64,000 bases of DNA, from assembly GCF_016433145.1 (NCBI RefSeq), contig NC_058131.1, positions 528,880,264-528,944,263 of the forward strand, given 5' to 3'. This DNA comes from Gracilinanus agilis (Eukaryota). Below the pieces are notes generated by a model. The model did not search any database. It was not told the DNA's origin and saw nothing but the letters and a program-made list of their open reading frames with translations. Shown here piece after piece: positions 36,162 through 47,100 of the stretch (positions are counted from its first letter, which is position 1; each line of letters begins with the position of its first letter). The translations under genes were made by a program, and so were the position numbers.

Positions 36162-36600
36162 GGTCCCTAGGTACCGCCCAGCTCCACTCGGGGGGCTTGG
36201 CGATCTCGGTCTCGAGTTCCGATCTCCGGACAACTCGGCGCTGGGAGTCAACGAGTCCCTCCCGACCGGAGACTCGACTCGGGGTCCCCTGCGTCCTACA
36301 GTCCCGTTACTCCAGCTCTGCCTCTGGGAGGTGCCGCCCCGGGTCTAGACAAATCCCAGGAAGACCGTCTGGTAACCGTCTGGCCAATCAGAAGCTGGCC
36401 CGTCCTGTGACGCGGTTCCGATCGCTCCCCAAAATTTCGAGGGACGGACCTCGATTTCGGGGCCAGGGCAGGCAGTGAGGACCTTGACCTCCTCACTGGA
36501 ATGGCCAGCCCTCACCTCACTCCCTATCCCGGCTGGCTCAGCTTTGCCCGAATCAGGGCTTCGAACTTCCGAGTCTTTTATAAAATGTTTCTCTTAGAAC
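35250..36600 (-). promoter_or_regulatory. GCHFR CpG island / promoter; CCAAT box at 36384-36388, CRE-like TGACGC near 36408
   Basis: Visibly dense CpG over exon 1 and intron 1 in an otherwise CpG-poor window; GGCCAATCAG motif. Confidence 0.75.
36126..36161 (-). CDS. GCHFR: GCHFR exon 1 coding part
   Basis: GGGACC ATG CCG TAC...CGC ATG|gtgag; MPYMLISTQIRM. Confidence 0.96.
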
Positions 36601-36668
36601 AGTTGAAGCTCTTCAACCCCCTCACCTCTCCTGGACATTCATTCTATGACTATTTTTAGAGTCTCAAT

Positions 36669-36885
36669 GGGGGCATCGAGGTGACTCAGTTGATCGAGAG
36701 CCTGGAAATAGGAGGTCCTGGGTTCAAATCTAACCTCAGACATTTCCTAGCTGTGTGACCCTGGGCAAGTCACTTAACTCCCATTGCCTAGCCCTTACCA
36801 TCTTCTGCCTTGGAACCAACACACAGTATTGGTTCTAAGATGGAAGGTAAGGGTTTTAATAAACAAACAAACAAACAAATAAATG
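36669..36885 (+). mobile_element. SINE1-type element with (CAAA)n tail upstream of GCHFR
   Basis: Family core and tail. Confidence 0.85.
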
Positions 36886-36989
36886 ATCCTTGATTCAACT
36901 ATTCTTTAGATCTCTTGAGTCTGCATGGATACCAATGGGAGTAGGGAAGCTGGTTATCCCTTCTCGCAGGAGGAGCAGACCTCCTTTTC

Positions 36990-37320
36990 TACTCATAGCT
37001 ATCTCTCTTGTGATTTTTACCTTGTTCATTTTATTTTCCTCCCTTTTTTCTTTTTTAATTAGGTCATTTAAGGGCTTACCAATTAAAAAAAATCTTTTCA
37101 AAGATTCAGCTTTGAATTTTATCAGTCATATAATCTTGTTTTTATTTCAATTCATCTATTTCTTCTTTTAGTTTCAAGATTTCCTCTTTTGTGCTTACTT
37201 GGGATTTATTTGTTGATTTATTCGTGTTTTTTAATTGAAAATTCAGTTTATTAATCAATCATTTTTTTTCTGTGTTGTTAATGTATGTTAGCAGAGATCT
37301 ATTTTTCCTCCTCAGGACTC
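36990..37320 (-). mobile_element. Degenerate L1 ORF2 fragment
   Basis: Minus-strand IGKPLNDLIKKEKREENKMNKVK resembles L1 ORF2 IDKPLANLIKKKREENQINKI. Confidence 0.6.
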
Positions 37321-38161
37321 ATGCATCTCTCTTATGACATTACCAGACTTCTATCTCTATTAATTATAGTTCCCAGATCAGATATTATTTTTTTCCATTT
37401 CTTTGGGTAGAACAATCAATTAGTCAAATATTTAATGAGTTCCTATTACATGCAAGGCACCTTTACCTTTATAGGAGAAGATAAGGGATATAGGGAAGTA
37501 TCCCTGCCTTCTAGGGTTTATAATCTATTTGAAGAGAGAGCTACATCTACATATTTTTTAGTCTGTTTTATAGTGGGTCCACACTAAGAATAGATTTCAG
37601 AGGTTCAAGGACTTGGTTCAGAAGAAATTACATCTTTGTTTCCACTAATCTTTATTTTCTATTGCAATTCTAATGTGTCTTGTTTTATACATTAAAAAAA
37701 CAAAAACTTACCTTCTGCCTTAGAATCAACCCCCTATATTGCTTCCAAGTCAGAAAAGCAGTAAGGGCTAGGCAATGGGGGTTAAACTAGGATGTGTCTG
37801 GGGTCAGATTTGAATCCATGACCTCCTGTCTCTATTTTATACATTACAAAAAACATATACAAAAAAAATTATTTCTAGAAGAGGCCCAAAGATTTCATCA
37901 GATTTCCAAAGGGTCTGTGACATAAAGAAAGTTAAGAACCATAGATGTATTATGAGTCAGCAAACATTTATTAAACACCTACTAGATGCCAGGTACTGAG
38001 GTTCAACTCTAGGGATTCAAAGAAAGACAAAAGACAATCCTTGCCCTCAAAGAACTCACAAGTTTGGAACTACAAAGAGTATATAGAATACATTAGAGGT
38101 ACAACAGAAGGCAGGAATTAAATGGAATCAGTTAAGCCCCCCTGTAGAAGGTAGGATTTTA

Positions 38162-38399
38162 TTTTATTTTATTTTATTTTATTTTATTTTATTTTATTTT
38201 CCTAAAACCCTTACCTTCCGTCTTGGAGTCAATGCTGTGTATTGGCTCCAAGGCAGAAGAGTGGTAAGGGTAGGCAATGGGGGTCAAGTGACTTGCCCAG
38301 GGTCACACAGCTGGGAAGTGTCTGAGGCCAGATTTGGAACCTAGGACCTCCCATCTCTAGGCCTGGCTCTCAATCCATTGAGCTACCCAGCTTCCCCCA
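38162..38399 (-). mobile_element. Youngest-looking SINE1 copy, (TTTTA)n tail, 14-bp TSD AAGGTAGGATTTTA (38148-38161 / 38400-38413), inserted in L2
   Basis: Near-consensus body, homogeneous tail and perfect TSD. Confidence 0.9.
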
Positions 38400-39205
38400 A
38401 AGGTAGGATTTTAACTGGGACCTGAAGTCAGAAAAGTCTTGAGGCCAAGATAAGGAGAAAGAGCAGACTGTGGATGGGGGTGAAAATAGCTGGGATTGGG
38501 AGATGGAGTCTCTTAACTTGAGGAACAGTCAGCAATGCAGTGTCATCATTTTAAAGGGTATGTGGTGAGGGAAATATAAGGTATAAGGAGATTGGAAAGG
38601 CAGGTGGAGGCTAGGTTATGAAGGACTTTGAATGTCAAAAAGAGCATTTTTTATTTGCTTCTGGAAGCAACAGTTTACTAAAGTTTATTGAGTAGGGGAC
38701 TTGATCAGACCAGTGTTTTAGGAGAATCACTTTAGTGGCTGAATGGAAGATGGATCGGAGTGGGGGCACTCACCATCAGACGATTGCAGAAACTAAGGCA
38801 CAAGGTGTTAAGGACCTGCCCTAGAGTGGTGGCAGTGTCAGAGGAGAGAAGGGGCAAAGATGCTGCAAAGGTGAAATCAAACTTTGGTAACAGATTGCCT
38901 ATGAGTCTGTTCTAGCAATATAAGGCAGTATACAAATGACAAATGAAAACTATAAAGTAATGCACTATAAATAAGCCTATTCTTTATCATACTAATCTCC
39001 ACAGCAGCAACAAACGCCTTTCTACATATTTTCAAAGTCAATGATGACCCAACTCTAAGGTTGTTTAGATCTGACTGATTGTTTAATCACATATTCCTAC
39101 AATCTTCTTTTCCTTTCACCTTTGAAGAAATTGGCTCCTCTCTCATCAGTCCATTCTAAAATTTAATATGTACTTGCACTTTATGACTAGGTGCTATACA
39201 CAAAA

Positions 39206-39208
<3 letters not shown>

Positions 39209-39273
<65 letters not shown>

Positions 39274-39282
39274 GTCTCTCTC
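39209..39282. repeat. (TC)n microsatellite, 29 perfect units at 39209-39266
   Basis: Counted directly. Confidence 0.95.
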
Positions 39283-39319
39283 CCCCTTCTCAGCCCCAGG
39301 GTGACAAAAAAAAAAGTTT

Positions 39320-39810
39320 TAAAAAACAGCCTCTGGTGTCCATTGCTTGGGGAATGGCTGAATAAATTATAGTACCTGGTGGTGATGGAATACTATTGTG
39401 CTGAAAGGAATAATGAACTGGAGGAATTCCATGTGAACTGGAACAACCTCCAGGAATTGATGCAGAGTAAAGGAGCAGAACCAGGAAAACATTATACACA
39501 GAGACTGATACATCGACCGTAATGGACTTCTCTACTAGCAGCAATGCAATGACTCAGGACAATCCAGAGGAACTTAGGAGAAAGAACATTATCCACATCT
39601 AGAGAAAGAACTGTGGGAGCAGAAATGCAGAAGAAAAACATATGATCAATCACGTGGTTTGAGGTTTTGGTGTTAAAAGAGCACTCCACCACAAATATGA
39701 AATAGGTATTGAACAACAATGCATGTATAACCCAGTGGAACTACTTATCAGCCCTGGGATGGCGGGGGAGGGAAGAGGGGAGAAAAAATATTCTAAATAA
39801 ATTATTTTTT
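39320..39810 (+). mobile_element. L1 ORF2 C-terminus / 3' UTR fragment
   Basis: GGAATGGCTGAATAAATT...GGAATACTATTGTGCTGAAAGGAATAATGAACTGGAGG, the typical end of L1 ORF2. Confidence 0.8.
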
Positions 39811-42800
39811 TAAAAACTGCTCTCAAGGAGCTCACCTTCTATTGGGGGGAGACAATATGAAAACAATCATGTACAAACAAGATACATACTGGATAAATTG
39901 GAAATAATCAGACAAGGGAAAGCACTAGAATTATGCCGGATCAGGAGATGCTTCCTGTGGAAGGTGGGATTTTAGTTGGGACCTGAAGGAAGTTAGAGAA
40001 CCAGGAAGCAAAGGAAGAACAGAATTGTAGGCCTGAGGGATAGCCAATAAAAATGCCCAAAGTCAGGAAATGGTGTATCTTGTGGCAGGATTGAAGTATA
40101 AATAGGGGGCTGGTAGGTGACTCAGTCGATAGAGAGTCAAGTTTAGAGAAGGGAGGTCCTGGGTTCAAATTTGCCCTTAGACACTTCCTAACTTTGTGAC
40201 TCTGGGCAAGACATTTGACCCCATTTGCCTAGCCCTTACTGTTCTTCTGCCTTAGAACCAATACTTAGTATCAATTCTAAGACAGAAGATATGGGATTAA
40301 AAAAAAGAAGATATATAAAGGAGTAGAGGGGAAGGATATATGATGAATAAAAATAATACCCGCCTTCAAGGGCCTAATCAGATGATATCCACAGGAATAA
40401 ATATAATGCAAATCAAAATAGTAGAAAGTATTATGAGAGCAATATTAGTACAAAGAGGTAGATATTGGAAAGGGGGAAAGAATACAGAGAAATGATTGAT
40501 AACTCCAAGGTTGTAAGAATATATTGTCTCTCCCAGAAACAGTCAATGAGATGAGGTTTCAAGCTCCACATATTGGAATCCAGGGAGGAGGCAGAGTTTT
40601 GTTCCCATAACCCATTGGCTTGGGGTAGCACTCAAATGCTAGCCTTAAGTCTATTAGCCAGTAGCTTTGCTCTGGAGAAAACTAAGGAGGGAGATATTTG
40701 CAGACAGCATTTACCTCCAGGCAGCTGGCCTTGCTGTGTCTGGCAGAGTAGGTGTGCAGATGCAGAACCAGATAGAAGGCTCTGTCCCAAACCATCCTGC
40801 ATCCCCTCCACTCCCACCCTCCATCCCTCTACCCCCCACTCCACACCACCTCTGTTCCATTTCTGCTGCCAGATACCATCTTTAATATCCGGGAGGGAAA
40901 TGAATTCCCCTGCTCTGTCTGCCCATCTGGCCTCACCTAAAGCAGAGAAAGAATTATGGAAAATGAGGAAGCTCAGAGACTGCTCATGTGAGGCGAGGAG
41001 GAATAATCCACACTCCTCCCTTCCTGCTTTTTATTAGATTCCCCTGAAAGTGCCATCTCAGGAACCTATTTCTTCTCTAACTGGGGCAGTCACAGCGAAG
41101 GGAGCAGCTTAGTTTCTGCTCCATCCTCAACACCATAAAAATAATACCTTACACTAACTGCCTTCTCCTCGACTGGTTCTAACAAGAGCTCTGGGAAGTA
41201 AGTGCGGTAGGGCAGGTCTCCTTATCCCCATTTTACAGATGTGGCTCAGAGGGGTTATGTGACTTATCAGCCAGTAAGTGGTAGAGCCCAGGCCTTGTGA
41301 CTTGTAGAAAGGACTCTAGACCTGAGCCCTAAAGGACTTGGATTCCAATTTGAGCCCTGCCACTTACTGTATAAGCTTTTCTTTAAGCCTCAGTTTCCTC
41401 ATTTGAAAAACAGGATAATAGTATTGCTTACCTAAGCAAGGTTCTTGTTAGTGTAATACCTGTGTCAGAGAGTTCTCAGATGACACGCCAAAGACTTGGG
41501 TACACATCAGGGAATTTCTCACCTATCCAGTTTGATTCATTACCCCCATTCAGAAAATCAGGGACCCTCAGTATATTATAATACCTACTGAGCTGCCACT
41601 TGTTTGCCTTGCAAGGACAAAATCCAAAGAATAAAAATGTTATTTACAAGTTAAGAAAAATAAATAGAGTAGTGAGAACCCATGGAAAATATCGACAGTT
41701 GCCAATGAGTAAACCTTTGCCCGGAGATCTGAACAGCCTCATCTTCTTACAGTCCTGCACTGAACAGGACTTCCAGAAAGCATTACCTCTTCTACATCAG
41801 GGTAGTGCCTAAGGTCCCTCTCGACAACTTCCAGCAGGTGGTGCTTTATTCTCTTCTCAGTTCCCAGCTGATCATAGGGTCCATCAACTATTCTTCAGCC
41901 CCAGAGTTACTTACCTCTTTGCCTGTTACTGTCCACAGCATCTAGCCGGTGGGGGTCATTGAGAGCCTTTTTTCCCCAAGAGAAGCATTTCTATTCTTGA
42001 GCAGGGAGAGGGAAGGAGAGAGGCAGATAGAGGAGGGGAGAAGAGGGGAGGAGAGGAGAAGCATATTGTAGAACAAACATCAGCCCCAGATTGACCAAGC
42101 TCTGAAGCCTCTCTCCCCACTATGCTTGTGTCTGCTAACTTCTAGCCTTACACAAGATTATCCAGCTGTTAGGAACATAAATCTAAACCCATCTTTGAAC
42201 AGTCCTGCATCAATAACTCTAGGTTGGATGAGGGCAAATCTATAGTCTGACATTCCTCTTTTCACCCTAGCAGGGCATCTGCAGCCTGTATCAATACCTT
42301 TTTTCTGACCTAGAAGCTTTAAAACAAAACAAAAACAAAAAAACAACAAAAAACCAAAACCAACGAAAACCCAACAACAATAAACCATTTCCTTTGTCCC
42401 TCTAGATTTGTGAATTCTCCTGGGACTGATCCCAAGCTACCTAGAGGGGCTTGCTGAGGCATCCAGGGTTGAGAGGAGCCCAGCAGCATCCACCAGAGGT
42501 GTAAAAATTCTGTCTCTGCCATAGGAGAATCAAGTGAGACCTCATTAATAAAGAGTTATAAATTGTGAAATTCCATTTCATCAAAGGCCCTGGGGAAGGA
42601 CAGGGGCAGGCACAAGGCCTGAGCTTGAGGTCAACATTGAGGCATACTGGGGATAAGGCAACTCAGGGTCACTGGGAGACAAGGTCAGAACCAACCACCT
42701 CTTCTCTTCTTTAAAAAAAAAAATTAATTTATTTCAAAACCCTTACCTTCTATTTTAGAATCGATACTAAGCATCAGCTCCAAAGCAGAAGTTGTGGAAT

Positions 42801-43399
42801 GAGTAGGCAATTAGGATTAAGTGACTTGCCCAGGGCCACACAGCTGGGAAGTGTCTAAAGTTAGATTTGAACCCAGTACCTCCAGGGTCTGCTCTCTCCT
42901 CTATGTTACAGGTTTATATCTGTTATTTTCAAAGGTTTTTTAATCCTTTAAAAGTTTAAATTCTAAAATTCAGATAGTACAGGTATTATCACCCTCATTT
43001 TATAGGAGAAGAATCTAAGGCTTAGAGAAATAGAGTGACTTGTCCTTGGTCAGCAAGCCTGGCACTGGGATCCAGGTCTTTTGAGGCCAAGATATGGCAG
43101 AGTTCGCCAGATTTCTCAAGAATTAGGCAGAAGCAAAACAGACTTTTGAGAAGGGGGGTGGGGATGGAGGAAGAGAGGAGAAGGAAGAGAAGGATAAAAA
43201 GAAAATAAGACCACTTGTATACTTGATAGCACGTTGCTTGCCTTCTCAATGGGAGGAAGAGGAGCTGGAGAGAGAAGAGAATTTAGAACTCAAAATGTAA
43301 AAAAAAGGAATATTTTTAAAAATGTCATTAGCCAGAGGAAACAGGGGTTCCATCCCCTGACACCCTTTCCCTCTCCACGTTCAATTCCTTTTTCTCTCT

Positions 43400-44170
43400 C
43401 CCTTCTCCTATCCCGGTTCTCCTTTCCTCTCCTCCCCTCGGGGCTTAACCATGGGCCACGCCCCCTAAGGGCATCGAGGGCGGGGCTTCTGGCTAAACGT
43501 CATCTCTCCGCGCCGCTGTTGCCACCCTCAGGTGGATGGGTCCGATGGTCGGGGAGGTGGAAGGAGGTGGAGGGTCCTCTCCGTGACTTCGTTCCCTTGG
43601 GACTTTGACCAGAGGGTGACCACGGCGGGTGCTATGGTGGCTTGAGGCCGGGTAAGGGTACTGGAGGCCCCGGCTCTGGGTTTGTTCTTCCTGGGGGCAC
43701 CTGGAGGATGGGCCGGGGTCGGGGCCGCTGCTGGGTGGGCTCCTTGGAGACGGCGGACCGGGCCGGGCTGCGGGCCCTGGGAGTAACCTGGGGCTCCGTG
43801 GTTGGGGGCGGCGGCTCGCCCCTCACCCACCCTTGCCCCCGCTCTGCAGGTGCAGCATGTCTAGACCAGGGGTCCTGGGCGGCGCTCGCTCCGGGCTTGG
43901 ATTGGTGCTCGGGGCCGCCGCAGGCCTTGGGCTCCTCTGCGCCTTCTACATCCACCGGAGGAAACGGACCCAGGGCCATGGCGGGAACTGGAACACGTCC
44001 AACTCCCTGGGCTACACCCGCACCCCGGAGCCTCACCGCCAGGGTAGGCGCACCCCACCCCACCCCGGGCACTGCCCCATGCTTCACCCCCAAGAGCCTT
44101 TAGCCTTTGGGAGCCAGCCACCTGTTGAGGTTCCTCCGCTGTCACCTGGGGTCAGGCATGGCCGGGATGG
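43400..44170 (+). promoter_or_regulatory. RMDN3 CpG island / promoter; GC boxes at 43456-43465 and 43478-43486; non-coding first exon with candidate donors after 43531 and 43651
   Basis: CpG-dense; CCACGCCCCC and GGGCGGGGC; acceptor ctgcag|GTGCAGC-ATG at 43850. Confidence 0.75.
43857..44043 (+). CDS. RMDN3: RMDN3 first coding exon (187 nt coding; TM anchor)
   Basis: [37 protein letters not shown]...HRQ G|gtaggc. Confidence 0.95.
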
Positions 44171-47100
44171 CCAAGGGAGGACTAGAGGTCCTGATTGTTT
44201 GACATGCTTGGGAAAAGTCTTGAAAAGTATTCGGTGTTCCAAGAGCAGAGTTAAACCTGGTTCTAAAGCTTTATTTTTTTATTTTATTTTAATTTTTTAA
44301 CATTATCTATTTTTAGCATTCATTTGAAAATTTTTTGAGTTCTGAATTCTCTTCCTTCTCTCCTCCCCACGTGTTAAGAAGACAAGAAATGTGATATCAA
44401 TAGTAAAAATGTGAAATTATGCAAAACATTTCCTTATTAGCCATGTTGAAAAAAAAAAAACCCAGGAGAAAAATAAAGTGAAAAAATTTATGCTTCAATT
44501 GGCATTTAGACTCCGTCAGTTCTTTCTCTGGAGGGGGATAGCATTTTTCATCTTTCTCTAGTTTTAAACCTAAAAGACCGACCATATTTATTGGAGTCAT
44601 ATATTTGTGAAGTGCTTTTTGTTTATCAGGCCCTGACCTGATGAGTGGGGTGAAGGAAAGGAAAAGGATTCCTAGATTTATTCCCATTGTACAAGTATAA
44701 ATAAGAGGCCAAGAAAGGAAGTGTGGGGAGGGGTTGACACAATTGGTCCTAAATACATGCTTAATGGTTTAGATTGAACATAGTATATCTGTTATGTAAC
44801 ATACCTGTCAGTAGCCAGAGTAGTGCCAGTTGCTGGTCCCATGATTTTTAATCCCTTTGTCAAAGCCTCTGGTGTACTTTGCTGGCTTCCTCCTTCTTCA
44901 GGTGGGAAAAGGTGAGGAAAGATTGACCTTTAATCTTCTTTCCCTCATAACCCTGCAAAAGTAGGATGATGAAAAGATTACTTAGTTTTCACTGTTGGTT
45001 TTGGCAACAAGTATTATGGTGTTTCAGGTTGCAGTTTGATGCTGTGTAGGTGTATGTTAAAGGAGGAGGAAAGCTCAGAAAAAAGAAGAGTGGGCTTTGT
45101 AGGTATTAAAACCAATCCTTATTTTTAATTCAAATTTATCAGAGAATGTTAGTGCAGAGTGAGACTTTGGGGAATCACCAATCCAGCTTTCTTTACAAAT
45201 GAGGCTTTTAAGGCCCAGAGAGGTTGTAACTTTCTTGAAGTCACATAGCTAGCTTAGTGGCAGAACTTGTCCCAGACAGGTATTTTGTGATTTTTCTACT
45301 ACCTAATGCTGTCTCTATATTTAAGAGGAATTAAAGTTTTACTAAGCATTTTATTTTCTTATTAATCTTGTTTTGAGGCTTGATAGATTGGCCTACTTTG
45401 CAGACAGAGTAACTAAGGGCAGTGTGTTGTAAAGGAGATATTAGCTTTGGAGTCAGGATACTTGTGTTGGAATCCTCACTCATTAGCTGCACAGTCACAC
45501 AAGTTACTTCTCTCCAGATCTTAGTTTTCTCATTAAAAAAAAAAAAAGCGTTTATTATAAAAGCTTGGGGCTGTCTAGATTATTTAGTAAGGCACCTTTC
45601 AGTTCTTATGAACTTCCTAAGGTTTTTCTGGGAGTCAGTTTGACATTTTAGACATTAGGACTAGTTTTCTACCATGGTTCTTTGATGAAGTTTAGGAAAT
45701 TCTCTGCTCTGAATTGCTTTAGAACCCTGGCACGTGAGTGCAAGAACTGCCCTAAATTGCTTGCTTTTCTTTGTCAGCAAATACGTTCCCTGTGGGGTAA
45801 AAAGTGTCCATATTTTTTACAGAACCCAAAGGCTTGGGATGCTCTTCCCTCTGCTGGGGTTTGAGGGTATTACATTACAAGACAGAGGTTATTGCTGTTC
45901 ACTTAGCTAAGCGTCAGGGCTGATAAAGTACAAATAGCCCTTCTTGATATTGGTTAGTTAAGTTTTCAGAGCACTTTATATCCTATTATAGGGAAAGGTA
46001 TCAGACCTTATTAACAGTACCAGATCTGTTTTAGATGTATTAAGTGGGGAAAAGTATTAGAAACCCCCAGAGTATGATCTTGTAATATATTTGGTAGCAG
46101 GTTATTACAGAGTGGTAAGCTTAGACTTACTACAGGCATTTTGGAACAACAGCCTGTGGTCTGCCATTAGGAGGGCTGTTTCTATGCTGTAGTTTGGAGA
46201 ACTGTGGCCGATGGCCAAGGTATCTTTGTCACCCAACATTCCTGAGCACTGCTGAGCATATTGTGTAACCTATAAGCTTCCTAGATTGCTAGTAATGCAG
46301 GGTTTATTTCTAGCTGTGTTGCACCTTGCCATACTGGTTTCTTTTTTGTTCTAGCATCTGGCACCCCAGCAGTCAGAGCAATACATTTACTCATCCAAGT
46401 GTGTATTAAGTAGTTTGGAATTTGCATCAACCTCTATTGTAATCCTGAAGTTAATTTTGTGGGCTCTGTGATAGCATCTTAACCCATAGGGTTGGCAAGG
46501 GATCTCTTCAGTGCATCTTTTTTTTTTCTGTAGCTGCCTCTTTTCTCCTTGGCTGTGTGACCTCTCTGGAAGTGAGAAGGAATAGGGCTTTTGATTTTCT
46601 TGGCTAAGAAATTTGGTTCTCATTATACAAAGTGATGGTAAGAATTTGTACCCTTATGCAGCCTCCTCCTACTCATATGAGATAAACTAGACATTTAGAT
46701 TTGAAGAGAACCAGAGATGGTATGATACTAGAGATATACAGGACATGTTATTGGTACTCTGAGAAAATATTTTTCTCTTGCAAAGCACTTGTCATGTCAT
46801 CAGGGTACTTGACTCTTGTATGGATCTATGTCATCACTATTAGAGATACAAGACAATTGTTAGGTTCACTGCTGAAGACTAGTAGTTTATTGGAGCAAAG
46901 TTATCTTACTTGGGCAAGAAAATATGAAAACTTTCTTGTCCCATTCCAGACTGAACTTTGTCTTCTCTTTACTATGCTTTAGTGATGCTCTTGCGGGCAG
47001 CACCAGGGGAGGCTGGTGATGCTATGTCTATTCCCAGCATGCCAAGGGAGAAGCAAGAGGAGGTGTTGGATCGCCTGGACTTTGTGTTGAGCAGCCTTAC

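Noticed and set aside
36162-36251. TTG-initiated 30-aa extension of GCHFR, and a CGAGTT/AACTCG hairpin in its 5' UTR
   Set aside because: The annotated ATG has a strong ACC context, open frames and hairpins are common in CpG islands, and the loop is not an IRE (no CAGUGN).
42130-42540. Minus-strand ORFs between GCHFR and RMDN3
   Set aside because: Short, run through an (AAAAC)n tract, and show no splice or homology support.
43528-44300. Long overlapping ORFs in the RMDN3 CpG island
   Set aside because: GC-rich background; only 43857-44043 matches RMDN3 and ends at a proper donor.
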